The notes under the pieces are model-generated. The model saw only the letters and a list, made by a program, of their open reading frames with translations. It ran no database searches and was not told the DNA's origin. The translations under genes were made by a program, and so were the position numbers. Shown here in pieces: positions 10,601 to 18,881 of a stretch of 64,000 nt of DNA; within the stretch, counting starts at the first letter, position 1, and each line of letters begins with the position of its first letter. The stretch covers positions 1,265 through 65,264 of the forward strand of contig JAZDOQ010000027.1 of assembly GCA_043798445.1 (NCBI GenBank), given 5' to 3'. This stretch comes from Candidatus Gottesmanbacteria bacterium (GTDB lineage: Bacteria; Patescibacteriota; Microgenomatia; UBA10105; UBA927).

Positions 10601-11465
10601 TTCAAAGGATGAAGGTGACTATGTGAAACAACTTGGCTCCATACATTACGCCCGGCAATATTTGAACATTCGATGGATTGATGATAACCCACAATATCTG
10701 ATGGAAAATCCAGAACAATTTAAAGATCGGTATACGCAGGAATACACACTATATGCGAAAGCAAATGGGACAGAGGTAAAGCCTTATACTACACTTGAAA
10801 CAAGGGAGGGTATGGGGCCTGCCGCAAAACATGGGAGAGGTGTTGCAGATTTGGCAAAAGCAATGGGTTCAGCAGACAGTTGGATGTCGCTTAAAGGAGG
10901 ATTTTCAAATGATGATAAAGAATTCGATAAGCTGATAATTGAATGGAGGGATTCAATGGTGGGATACCAAGGATGGGATCCTGCAACAGAAGGAATCGGA
11001 GAATGGTATGCGGCGCACACAGATAATATGCAAACAATTCCTGGAAGAGAAAAGAGGCATGACTCCTCTGTTGATCGTGAGGCAAGAGGTCCAATTGGTA
11101 AATCTGAAGATTTACAGATGGGTGCAGAACGTTGGGAAAAGTTGAGTGGCGTGCTTGGTAATTTGGATGACATAAATCCCGAACTTGATGATAAAGTAAA
11201 AGATGTTTTGCGTATTTCAACATTACATATTGGAAAATTAAATACACACATCTCCTGGAGTTCTATGGCAGAAAAGTTTCCACCACTCAAGACGTTTTTG
11301 GGTGGAAAATTATATAGATTTTTAAATAAAAATTTTGATCTTGGGTTATTCCAGTATAAAATGCGAAACGTTGGGCTTTACGCAGCAGTTTTAGGTCTTA
11401 TTTATGCCGGAAAAATGGTTGAAAAAGGAACAGAGGATTCTTCAGGTGGCGGTAAATCAAAATAA
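7644..11465 (+). CDS. Large hypothetical protein (1273 aa), helical, hydrophobic segment near C-terminus
   Basis: Long uninterrupted ORF; no motif recognised. Confidence 0.85.
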   Translation: MGEKESSGKKGKEIEEIARVVGKAVAPKVETVSNTSSPEKSSKKVEKKGKKSVEVPKSKLQPLEISVEGKFETLAPRNEAIVHVIESSTKGELNRILHGKVPKDVQMINMMDRVAELMEGGGTPDDVKNFYMHNRSTVAGLEGELQVCGEILNLGDRYPSGEAAYQSVLAEGGTGTPRAATKPFYENYTFKASGEAEKNVTLARKSAGEEIVDSETARNIAKHFEDRLLKGDFAGDETEMQRMIADIRSKGNELRYGANEEHFSSIYLSKEELALLIQNPMLFFMMKLDFMERELHDPNAPLFKASMNRLQLAQELFGNENFDITRLHSNAEPGELKMLLNDVQKEMHSPMKSQVSEMVDSRITAMFTTHDLNTSTDAAKFAENMKNKGDRPYLFAQTSEGGLVGEFKGRLEANLRQVTPQGLRRREFVDTYHQTQAINLTINQFEEEYPLLHRQKIIDYLLYFQQPNADGTKELSQDIINYVDGMKHEIIKSIVRRSENAMRLEMRMPALMTRGIGAHEYMSIKGGSSDVMQKFTLESTDVVEEGAAGALLPREFKLRKFFKGDPNSIIERTLWNHAARFTANLDPMVKRETNAVVDQLLHDLNLPANGTELQKSLRTRAIERTYYMLKMDNKGRETEEIFNKMKHTLIEQALKKGLSEEDGKKALNNLKNPNFQQLLIDQANSMNSDGSFNELVKTEVGGNVLQMRLFRAYLFLDSLWRSDTYLKSLRTGLQFGGDRSVGTALHASGLAVHFGVFKDHETKKEAIQNLSRTIKKTIELRPQGVAEMLIDGEDRKFNTWAFDKKREEYAFPEDWIAVLDRRFIMTNQMIQRQDLPAIRYQDSKTFVDLAGKVGTPEYEAIKTKATLTAEAFKNLPLEKQDELNKKFASLLDVHHEHDEFEGAIKKLMKESPDVEEQMARDWVEWRLVQQFEAAQSIFTIQLQDVVIQPDEVNPPPGQEKSKGIKITPINDIKTYFEDMKGLHDEISKDEGDYVKQLGSIHYARQYLNIRWIDDNPQYLMENPEQFKDRYTQEYTLYAKANGTEVKPYTTLETREGMGPAAKHGRGVADLAKAMGSADSWMSLKGGFSNDDKEFDKLIIEWRDSMVGYQGWDPATEGIGEWYAAHTDNMQTIPGREKRHDSSVDREARGPIGKSEDLQMGAERWEKLSGVLGNLDDINPELDDKVKDVLRISTLHIGKLNTHISWSSMAEKFPPLKTFLGGKLYRFLNKNFDLGLFQYKMRNVGLYAAVLGLIYAGKMVEKGTEDSSGGGKSK

Positions 11466-11470
11466 ATACT

Positions 11471-12928
11471 TTACTTTCCTCCTACCGCTTTTGTAATATT
11501 CTCACTCATCTTCTCCATTTGTTTTTTCGATACAGCCATTTGGAATAGTTGCATTCCTATTTGTGTTGGTGCAGCAAGCATTCCTCCAAGTTCACCGATT
11601 CCCCCCTGGAGCCCTGGTTTTGGTTTAAGGGCCTCGTTAATCATTTTTCCGACGTTTGGAATCATGAATAGAATGCCTAATGATATAAGCGCTCCAATAC
11701 TTGTTGCGTTGTTTACAAAAAGTCCAGCATATGGTGGATGCCATAGGGTACCATCAGTATTTGATAGCTGCATAAATACTGCAGAAAGAAGAAAGAGAAC
11801 ACTTGCTGCTGGAAAAATGAGAATGTTGGCGATAAGTCCTCGAAACCAAGAATCAAACGCTTTACTTCCGGGAACCGCCTCAAGCAGAAGCTGAAAAGGA
11901 GCAAAAACAAGCGCAATGATTATTTTAATATATGTGCTTAAAAAGAAAACAAAGAGACGAATAAACAAAAGGAGCAATCCGATGCTAAATAGCACTCCTA
12001 TCAATGCAGGAGCCAAACTTAACACAAGAAAAGCGATTGCAACAACGGGCATTGAAATAGATGCAATAGCAAGGCCAATTCCACCCAGCGCTAAAAAATT
12101 AGCACCAGCGATTTCCGCCGGATCATGAATACCAAGGATAATTCTATAAAATAATTGAGATTCGGGAATGTTTGCAAACACCTGGTGCCATAGTGTTCCG
12201 TCAGTGATGGAACCAGTAGGTCCTTGAGGAAGCATGTTTGTTGATTGAAACACACTTCCAACAAGGGCAATTAATAGATACATAACATCAATTGCAATAC
12301 CACCGATTGCATCTGAAAAAGTTACTAAGAGTAAAGTGATGACAATTTTTGGGAGAGCATTTTGTACCGTAACAACGGTTTTTGGATCAATTTTTTTTCG
12401 AAACATTACCATGAAACCAATTGTTACCATAATGAGTGCAAGAACTACATAGGCGATGTCGCGGAATACTTTCCATACAGGAAGAAGAGCTGTTAATCCC
12501 GAAAAACCAATGCCTTGTGCGTAAGCCTGTTTTGGAATAAAGCCAAGCGTTTGTCCAATATCCTGAACAAATGCATACGTTGAAGCAGGGGGTGTTATAT
12601 ACATGCTTGTTATGTATGAAGATATCGAATTAAGAGCGCTCGCCTTTAATAATTTTTGATTGTAAGGAGAATTAAGTGACGCGTCACTTGTGGTTATGCC
12701 GGGAACCGGACCAAGTACGCGTCGTATAAAGTCTGAATACGTATTGGTATTGACATTTGACACATGCGCTGCTGCATTAACATCGCCACTGGTTGCCGCT
12801 GCCTCCATGCTTGCTGCATACCCCGTATCAACCCAAGAAGTGGATTCTGCTTGTGCTGCATGAATGGGCGAGAGAAGACAAAAAGAAGCAAAGACAATCA
12901 AAAATAGTAATATAAACACCCGTTTCAT
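11471..12928 (-). CDS. Polytopic membrane protein, VirB6/TrbL-like
   Basis: Signal peptide, W--FRDIAY motif, multiple TMs; follows the pilin array. Confidence 0.65.
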   Translation of the reverse strand: MKRVFILLFLIVFASFCLLSPIHAAQAESTSWVDTGYAASMEAAATSGDVNAAAHVSNVNTNTYSDFIRRVLGPVPGITTSDASLNSPYNQKLLKASALNSISSYITSMYITPPASTYAFVQDIGQTLGFIPKQAYAQGIGFSGLTALLPVWKVFRDIAYVVLALIMVTIGFMVMFRKKIDPKTVVTVQNALPKIVITLLLVTFSDAIGGIAIDVMYLLIALVGSVFQSTNMLPQGPTGSITDGTLWHQVFANIPESQLFYRIILGIHDPAEIAGANFLALGGIGLAIASISMPVVAIAFLVLSLAPALIGVLFSIGLLLLFIRLFVFFLSTYIKIIIALVFAPFQLLLEAVPGSKAFDSWFRGLIANILIFPAASVLFLLSAVFMQLSNTDGTLWHPPYAGLFVNNATSIGALISLGILFMIPNVGKMINEALKPKPGLQGGIGELGGMLAAPTQIGMQLFQMAVSKKQMEKMSENITKAVGGK

Positions 12929-12966
12929 ATTGGTATTATCCGTTACTTTATATACTGCGTCAAGAT

Positions 12967-13323
12967 TTATGGCACCATCTGGATGCGAAATATTGTTAAG
13001 TTTTCAACCCCTGTTACTTGTTGGATAACAAGAAGAATAAGGTAGCTTCCTACGAGAACCGCAAGCCCAATGATGGCATTAGTGATCGTTCCCTTAGCTT
13101 TTTCCAGTTTTTTTTGATCTCCCCCGGAAAAAAGGAAGGTAAAACCTCCCATAACAAGCATGACAAATAATACAACCCCGGCTAACGCTGTAACAGCTTG
13201 AATAATGTTTGAGAACAAAGAGGCGAGCGATCCGATGGTTGCAACATCAGCAACTGCATCTGCGGGCAAATCACTTGCTTTTTCAAGATTAGTCCAGGTT
13301 GGAATTTGTGCAAGTATATTCAT
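12967..13323 (-). CDS. VirB2/TrbC-like pilin
   Basis: Two TMs around GG-FLFSGGD-KLEKAK-TITNAIIG. Confidence 0.85.
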   Translation of the reverse strand: MNILAQIPTWTNLEKASDLPADAVADVATIGSLASLFSNIIQAVTALAGVVLFVMLVMGGFTFLFSGGDQKKLEKAKGTITNAIIGLAVLVGSYLILLVIQQVTGVENLTIFRIQMVP

Positions 13324-13346
13324 ACTATAATAAGTATATCAGATAT

Positions 13347-13374
13347 CAAAAACCCCGCATACGCGGGGTTTTTG
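13347..13374. terminator. Bidirectional rho-independent terminator
   Basis: CAAAAACCCCGC-ATAC-GCGGGGTTTTTG perfect hairpin with A/T tails. Confidence 0.85.
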
Positions 13375-13392
13375 TATATACTCTTATTTTTC

Positions 13393-13731
13393 TTAATATG
13401 GTTTTGGAAGGTTGATACCTTGTGAACCAATAATATTGACGCCTAAGAAACTCTGCACAAGCATCATAATTGCCCATGCCGCCCCGACGATAATAAGTCC
13501 GACAATTGCATGTGTAATTTTATTTCGTGCTGTTTCCATGGCTGCTTTGTCTCCACCTGAGGTAATCCACTGAAGACCGCCTAAGATAAGAAACAAAAAT
13601 GCCATAAGTGCTGCGAGAATAAGGAGTGTTCCGACGACCGCACTGACAAGTTGTCCAATATCAGTAATACGGACACCTGCCGGCTGTGGAACCGTGATAT
13701 CAGCTGCAAATAATTTTTCTAACATAAACAT
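13393..13731 (-). CDS. VirB2/TrbC-like pilin (candidate major pilin)
   Basis: GGLQWITSGGDK-AR-KITHAIVG; own purine-rich RBS, TATAAT and terminator. Confidence 0.88.
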   Translation of the reverse strand: MFMLEKLFAADITVPQPAGVRITDIGQLVSAVVGTLLILAALMAFLFLILGGLQWITSGGDKAAMETARNKITHAIVGLIIVGAAWAIMMLVQSFLGVNIIGSQGINLPKPY

Positions 13732-13782
13732 TCCCCCTTTTTAGAATAGATTTATTATACGATATATTTTTGCATTCAGCAA

Positions 13783-14127
13783 TCAACCCTTAAATGAAGG
13801 GATTATTAATGCTTTAATATCAATTCCCAGGAATTGTCCGACAAGGGTGAAAATTGCATACGCAGCGGCAACGATAACAAGCCCAACTAATGCGTTCGTA
13901 ATTTTATTCCGCGCTTGTTCAAGTTGCGCCTTTTCTCCACCCGATGTAAGCCATTGAATACCGCCCATGATCAGGTAAAGAAGTGTAAGAAGAAATGCAA
14001 AAATAAAAAGGAGTCCAACAATATTACTAATGAGACTCCCTATAATTGTTCCACCTCGTTCCGTGCTGCCGGAGCCAAGCGCGGGGGGAAGTACCGGATT
14101 TCGTAATTCTGCAAGTGTGTGATTCAT
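13783..14127 (-). CDS. VirB2/TrbC-like pilin
   Basis: GGIQWLTSGGEK-ARNKITNALVG; start moved to ATG 14127. Confidence 0.85.
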   Translation of the reverse strand: MNHTLAELRNPVLPPALGSGSTERGGTIIGSLISNIVGLLFIFAFLLTLLYLIMGGIQWLTSGGEKAQLEQARNKITNALVGLVIVAAAYAIFTLVGQFLGIDIKALIIPSFKG

Positions 14128-14131
14128 ATTG

Positions 14132-14512
14132 TTATTTAAATTGAATAAGTTCTCCGACCGACGATGGCAAAAGAATGGTGTCCCAGCCAAAAAATTGTCC
14201 GGCAAGGGCAAGAATTGCCCAGCCGGCAACAACAACAACAAGTCCAATAAACGCATTGGATATTTTGTCGCGCGCCTCTGTTAGCTTTGCTTTGTCGCCA
14301 GCCGCAGTGATCCAACTGATGCCCCCCATGGTAACCTGTATAAGAAACCAAATAGCAGCAACAATAGTGAGAAGTCCGATAATCGCCGAGATGGCATTGG
14401 TAAATGCGGAGAATGCGGTTGGACCAGTAAATGTTGTTCCCCCGAAAGGACCGAGTCCTGCGTCTGGACCCGTGCCACCAATCTTTCCAAGATCAACAGC
14501 AAGTAGTTTCAT
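14132..14512 (-). CDS. VirB2/TrbC-like pilin
   Basis: GGISWITAAGDK-ARDKISNAFIG. Confidence 0.85.
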   Translation of the reverse strand: MKLLAVDLGKIGGTGPDAGLGPFGGTTFTGPTAFSAFTNAISAIIGLLTIVAAIWFLIQVTMGGISWITAAGDKAKLTEARDKISNAFIGLVVVVAGWAILALAGQFFGWDTILLPSSVGELIQFK

Positions 14513-14516
14513 ATAG

Positions 14517-14882
14517 TTATTTTCCTGGTCCGTAAATTATCGGATTAAGCATAAACATCGGATTACCGAACAATAAATAGCCAAATAATGCGGCAATGAC
14601 AAAAGATCCGGCAATGATGGCAAGACCCAAGAGTGTCTGCCAGATTTTGTCCCATGCTTTAGTAAGCGCTTTTGTGTCTCCGCCCGCGCTCATATAGCCA
14701 TATCCGGCAAGAATAAGATTAATAAACGCATAGATGCCTGCAACGGCGAAAATTAGACGGAGAATGTTGCTAAAAAACGGAACTAACCCCACATCCACAT
14801 TTCCATATTTGTTAAGAGGGTTTTCAATTTTTCCGATGATATCGGTTGCATCCTTGGCGTATATGCGTTCAATAAATGTCAT
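14517..14882 (-). CDS. VirB2/TrbC-like pilin
   Basis: GYGYMSAGGD-KAWDKIWQTLLG. Confidence 0.85.
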   Translation of the reverse strand: MTFIERIYAKDATDIIGKIENPLNKYGNVDVGLVPFFSNILRLIFAVAGIYAFINLILAGYGYMSAGGDTKALTKAWDKIWQTLLGLAIIAGSFVIAALFGYLLFGNPMFMLNPIIYGPGK

Positions 14883-14883
14883 A

Positions 14884-15210
14884 TTATTTCGGTAAAATAG
14901 TCACTCCGGTAATAATTTCAATTATTTGTATAATCCAATACGATGCAAAAATAAGAACAAGACCTGTTATGGCTGAGGTGATTGCCTGTTTGCTTTGTTC
15001 GGCCTTTTTTGCGTCGCCACTACCTGCTGATACTATAAAGCTAAAACCGCCAAAAATCAATAAAACAAGAAAAATAACACCGGCAATTACAAATGCATTT
15101 TTAAGAAGAACATCAACAAATGCACCAATGGTTGGGAAAGATTTGGCCGGAGCGAAGGTTTGACCAATGTCAACTGTTGGTGCTGGAGTAGCGGCAAAAA
15201 TGCGTTCCAT
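14884..15210 (-). CDS. VirB2/TrbC-like pilin
   Basis: GGFSFIVSAGSGD-K-AITSAITG; start moved to ATG 15210. Confidence 0.85.
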   Translation of the reverse strand: MERIFAATPAPTVDIGQTFAPAKSFPTIGAFVDVLLKNAFVIAGVIFLVLLIFGGFSFIVSAGSGDAKKAEQSKQAITSAITGLVLIFASYWIIQIIEIITGVTILPK

Positions 15211-15278
15211 AGTAAAAAGTGTACGAAATATCAGGAAAGAACACAAGCGGGGCTTTATGGTATAGTAAGGAAGCTTGT

Positions 15279-15818
15279 ATGGACGACGCAAAATTAATTT
15301 CCCGAATACTTGCACGTGATGAACGGGCCCTCCACGAGTTTTATGTTGCGTACTCCCCAAAACTTCGAAGGTTTATCCAAACAAAAGTTCAGAATCCAAA
15401 TGATTGCGAAGATATCTTCCAAGATACCCTGTATGCGTTTTTGGATGCAATCCGTGATTTTCAAGGCAGCTGTCAGATGAACACGTTTTTGCAATCAATC
15501 TGTAACCATAAAATCATTGATTATTACCGGAAAAAGAAGCTACGAAACATTGTATTTTCTCAATTTCCTGAAGTTGATGGTCTTATTTCGCCGCTTCTCA
15601 ATCCTGAAGAAGCGCTTGACGAGATCGTATTGCGGGAAGAATTACATAAAACATTAAACAAGCTGCTTCCACAATATAAGCTCGTATTATATGCGCGGTA
15701 TATCTTAAATATGCCGGTTGTTGAAATTGCAAAGAAATTTGCCACAACCCTAAAAGGCGCAGAATCCATGCTGTTTCGAGCAAAAAAAGCATTCGCTAAA
15801 AATCATGAACACGTTTAA
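15279..15818 (+). CDS. ECF-type RNA polymerase sigma factor
   Basis: EDIFQD region 2, N-IIDYYRK, region 4 HTH ending FRAK; start moved to ATG 15279. Confidence 0.9.
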   Translation: MDDAKLISRILARDERALHEFYVAYSPKLRRFIQTKVQNPNDCEDIFQDTLYAFLDAIRDFQGSCQMNTFLQSICNHKIIDYYRKKKLRNIVFSQFPEVDGLISPLLNPEEALDEIVLREELHKTLNKLLPQYKLVLYARYILNMPVVEIAKKFATTLKGAESMLFRAKKAFAKNHEHV

Positions 15819-16035
15819 GTACGATAAATTTGTTGCCAGGTGGAAAGAAACAACAGAACTTGCTCCTCAAGGTGTTGGTCCATTGACTGGTGTGTATAAA
15901 CGGTTAACGCACCGGTTAAAAATTATGCCTATCCCGACGCTTGTCCTTGTCAGCCTCGTTCTTGTATCTGGTGTTGTTTTTTTCCTCGGTCCTTCTATTG
16001 CGTCTTTTGTGACATTTCTCCAACGAGGGTTTTAA
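15805..16035 (+). CDS. Small membrane protein, possible anti-sigma factor
   Basis: Overlaps the ECF sigma stop; one C-terminal TM. Confidence 0.6.
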   Translation: MNTFKYDKFVARWKETTELAPQGVGPLTGVYKRLTHRLKIMPIPTLVLVSLVLVSGVVFFLGPSIASFVTFLQRGF

Positions 16036-16058
16036 TCTTCTTTTACGACTAATACTAT

Positions 16059-16676
16059 ATGAGGGGATCAATCCTACGTGGGTGTATTGGATTTATACGA
16101 TCATCAATCGGACTCATAACCACGCCGTATGAAACATATCGCCGGATTGTGAATCACGGATCGTTATGGGAGCTGGTTCCGCTCGGCGTGTTGCTTTCTT
16201 GCTATTTTGCCATATCTTCGTTAGTTAAAACTGCAGCGTTTCGTCCATACATATTAACAAAGCATTTTATTCTTCTTGCTATGGTTGTTCTCGCAACATA
16301 TTCCATAACTGTATTGTTATTATGGGGAGTTTCAAAGCTGTTGCGTGGAAAGGGTGACATCCGCTCATTGGGGATTGCGTGGGGATATACACTCATTCCA
16401 ACATTATTATGGTTTTTGGCAACATCACTTTTATACGTGATATTTCCTCCACCAAGAACAGGAAGACCATTGGGAATACTGTTTAGCGCACTTTATTTAT
16501 CATTTTCAACGGCGCTCTTTTTTTGGAAAGCCATGCTTTCATATTTGACACTTCGTTTTGGCATGCGGCTTGATTTGTGGAGGATTATTGCCGTGTTTTT
16601 TATAGTTGGAGGCGTGATGGCAATATATAGCATTGGGATGTATCGGTTGGGAATATTTAAAGTGCCGTTTATATAA
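16059..16676 (+). CDS. YIP1-like membrane protein
   Basis: P-ETY-RI start and five TM segments. Confidence 0.65.
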   Translation: MRGSILRGCIGFIRSSIGLITTPYETYRRIVNHGSLWELVPLGVLLSCYFAISSLVKTAAFRPYILTKHFILLAMVVLATYSITVLLLWGVSKLLRGKGDIRSLGIAWGYTLIPTLLWFLATSLLYVIFPPPRTGRPLGILFSALYLSFSTALFFWKAMLSYLTLRFGMRLDLWRIIAVFFIVGGVMAIYSIGMYRLGIFKVPFI

Positions 16677-16680
16677 CACT

Positions 16681-17841
16681 ATGACGCTTAATAAAACAGA
16701 TACGGTTACAACACGACGGAAGGAAATAGAAAAACAATTACATGTAGCACTTTCTCATATTGGTTCGTTTTCACTCGATGAAAAAGTTGCGTCAACACGG
16801 CATTGTGAGAATATGATCGGTGCTACCCAAGTTCCGGTCGGTGTCGCAGGTCCACTTCGGCTTCGCTCAGTGCAAGCCCTTAAAAATAAAGACTATTTTA
16901 TTCCTTTGGCAACAACAGAAGGGGCGCTTGTTGCCTCAGTAAATCGTGGATGTAAAGTAATCACCGAAAGCGGTGGAGCAATAGTTGATAGTTGTCATGT
17001 TGGTTCAACGCGCGGACCGGTTTTTTATACAAAAAATCTGGAGGAGAATGACAGACTCAATATGTTTTTGGAAACACATCTTAAGGAGATGCAACACATT
17101 GCTCGGAGTACCTCAAGTCATATCTTTTTAACAAAAACGTTTTCTCAGGGGGTCGGTCAATATCACTATGTCCGTTTTATCTACGACACAAAAGATGCAA
17201 TGGGGCTGAACATGGTGACGATTGCTACAGATAAGATTACAAAATTTATAGAAGAAAAAACAGATATTGCGTGCATCTCACTTTCCGGAAATTATTGTGT
17301 CGATAAAAAACCGTCGTGGCTCAATTTCATTGAAGGGCGTGGATCAAAAGTGTGGGCAGAAGTAGTCATTCCAGAACGCGTTCTTAAAAAAATCTTAAAA
17401 ACCACAGCAAAAGGTGTGTATGATGTTTGGCTTTCAAAATGCATGATGGGAAGCATTATGAGCGGAGCAATGGGATATAACGCACAGTTTGCCAATGTCC
17501 TTGCTGCCATGTTTCTTGCAACAGGACAAGATATCGCACACATTGCAGAATGCGGTATTGGCGTAACAAATGCTGAAATCCGTGGAAAAAGTTTATACAT
17601 AAGCGTGTATCTTCCAGACCTCATGGTTGGAACCATTGGGGGAGGCACAGAACTTGCAACACAAAAAGAAGCACTGCAGATTCTTGATGTGTATGGAGGA
17701 GAAGACGGAAAGAATAGGAAGCTACTCATAGAAATCATTGGAGCCGCGGTGCTTGCAGGAGAAATCTCATTACTTGCAAGTTTGTCAGAAGGAACACTTG
17801 CAAAAGCACATCAAAAACTCGCGAGAGGAAAAACATCATGA
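16681..17841 (+). CDS. hmgA: HMG-CoA reductase, class I (archaeal-like)
   Basis: CENMIG, PLATTEG, DAMGLNM, GTIGGGT, AVLAGEISL. Confidence 0.95.
   Translation: MTLNKTDTVTTRRKEIEKQLHVALSHIGSFSLDEKVASTRHCENMIGATQVPVGVAGPLRLRSVQALKNKDYFIPLATTEGALVASVNRGCKVITESGGAIVDSCHVGSTRGPVFYTKNLEENDRLNMFLETHLKEMQHIARSTSSHIFLTKTFSQGVGQYHYVRFIYDTKDAMGLNMVTIATDKITKFIEEKTDIACISLSGNYCVDKKPSWLNFIEGRGSKVWAEVVIPERVLKKILKTTAKGVYDVWLSKCMMGSIMSGAMGYNAQFANVLAAMFLATGQDIAHIAECGIGVTNAEIRGKSLYISVYLPDLMVGTIGGGTELATQKEALQILDVYGGEDGKNRKLLIEIIGAAVLAGEISLLASLSEGTLAKAHQKLARGKTS
16853..16878 (+). repeat. REP-like element in frame inside hmgA
   Basis: CACTTCGGC-TTC-GCTCAGTGCAAGCC versus CACTTCGGC-AA-GCTCAGTGCAAGCC at 46222-46246. 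Confidence 0.75.
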
Positions 17842-18881
17842 TGGGCATTGTTTCATACGGTACATATATACCAACATACAGAGTCAGCATTACTGATATA
17901 GCCGCTGCGTGGAAAAAGAATCCGCAGGAAATTGTGAGTGCGCTCGGTGTAAAAGAAAAAACAGTGCCCGGTGTTGACGAAGACGCAGTGACCATTGCAT
18001 TTGAAGCAGTATTTCAAAGCATGCAATCCTTCAAAGGGAAAGCATCAGATATAGAAGCACTGCTTATTGGTTCTGAAAGTCATCCGTATGCTGTTAATCC
18101 AACCTCAACGATCGTTGGAGAATTTTTAGGTATTGGAAATAACTATCTTGCATCAGACCTAGAATTTGCCTGTAAAGCCGGTACTGCCGGAATTCAAATG
18201 ATTGCAGGGCTTTTGTCGTCAGGTCAAATCAAATATGGACTTGCCGTTGGAACGGATACTGCACAAAGCAAACCTCATGACGCGCTCGAATATACATCCG
18301 CATCAGCGGGTGTTGCGGTCTTGATGGGAAAAACACGGGTTTGCACCTCACTTCTTTCATATACATCGTACTCATCAGATACACCGGATTTTTGGCGAAG
18401 AGACGGTATTCGATACCCTTCCCACGCGGGGCGATTTACCGGAGAACCAGCATATTTTGCCCATGTTGTTGGTGCAGCGATGCAATTAATGAAAAAAACA
18501 CATGTATTTCCAAAAGACATTGATTATTGTGTGTTTCATATGCCAAATGGAAAATTCCCAAGAGAAGTTGCAAGGCGATTAGGATTTATTGACACGCAGC
18601 TCGCTCCCTCGTTAACCGTTGATCATATCGGCAATCCGTATTCAGCTTCTTCCATGATGGGGCTTGCAGCGGTTCTTGATATCGCAAAACCAAACAAAAA
18701 AATTTTTATGGTGTCATACGGCTCAGGAGCAGGAAGCGATGCGTTTTTGTGGAAAACAACAGAACATATAAAAGAACTACAAACAAAACGGAAAAAACAA
18801 CATTGGTTAGTGAGTCAGCAAATAGAGGAAAAAACCTACGTTGATTATCTTGGGTATTTAAAACAAACACATAAAATATGA
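17838..18881 (+). CDS. HMG-CoA synthase, archaeal type
   Basis: GSESHPYAV, DLEFACKAG, HMPNGKFP, GNPYS, SYGSGAG. Confidence 0.93.
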   Translation: MMGIVSYGTYIPTYRVSITDIAAAWKKNPQEIVSALGVKEKTVPGVDEDAVTIAFEAVFQSMQSFKGKASDIEALLIGSESHPYAVNPTSTIVGEFLGIGNNYLASDLEFACKAGTAGIQMIAGLLSSGQIKYGLAVGTDTAQSKPHDALEYTSASAGVAVLMGKTRVCTSLLSYTSYSSDTPDFWRRDGIRYPSHAGRFTGEPAYFAHVVGAAMQLMKKTHVFPKDIDYCVFHMPNGKFPREVARRLGFIDTQLAPSLTVDHIGNPYSASSMMGLAAVLDIAKPNKKIFMVSYGSGAGSDAFLWKTTEHIKELQTKRKKQHWLVSQQIEEKTYVDYLGYLKQTHKI

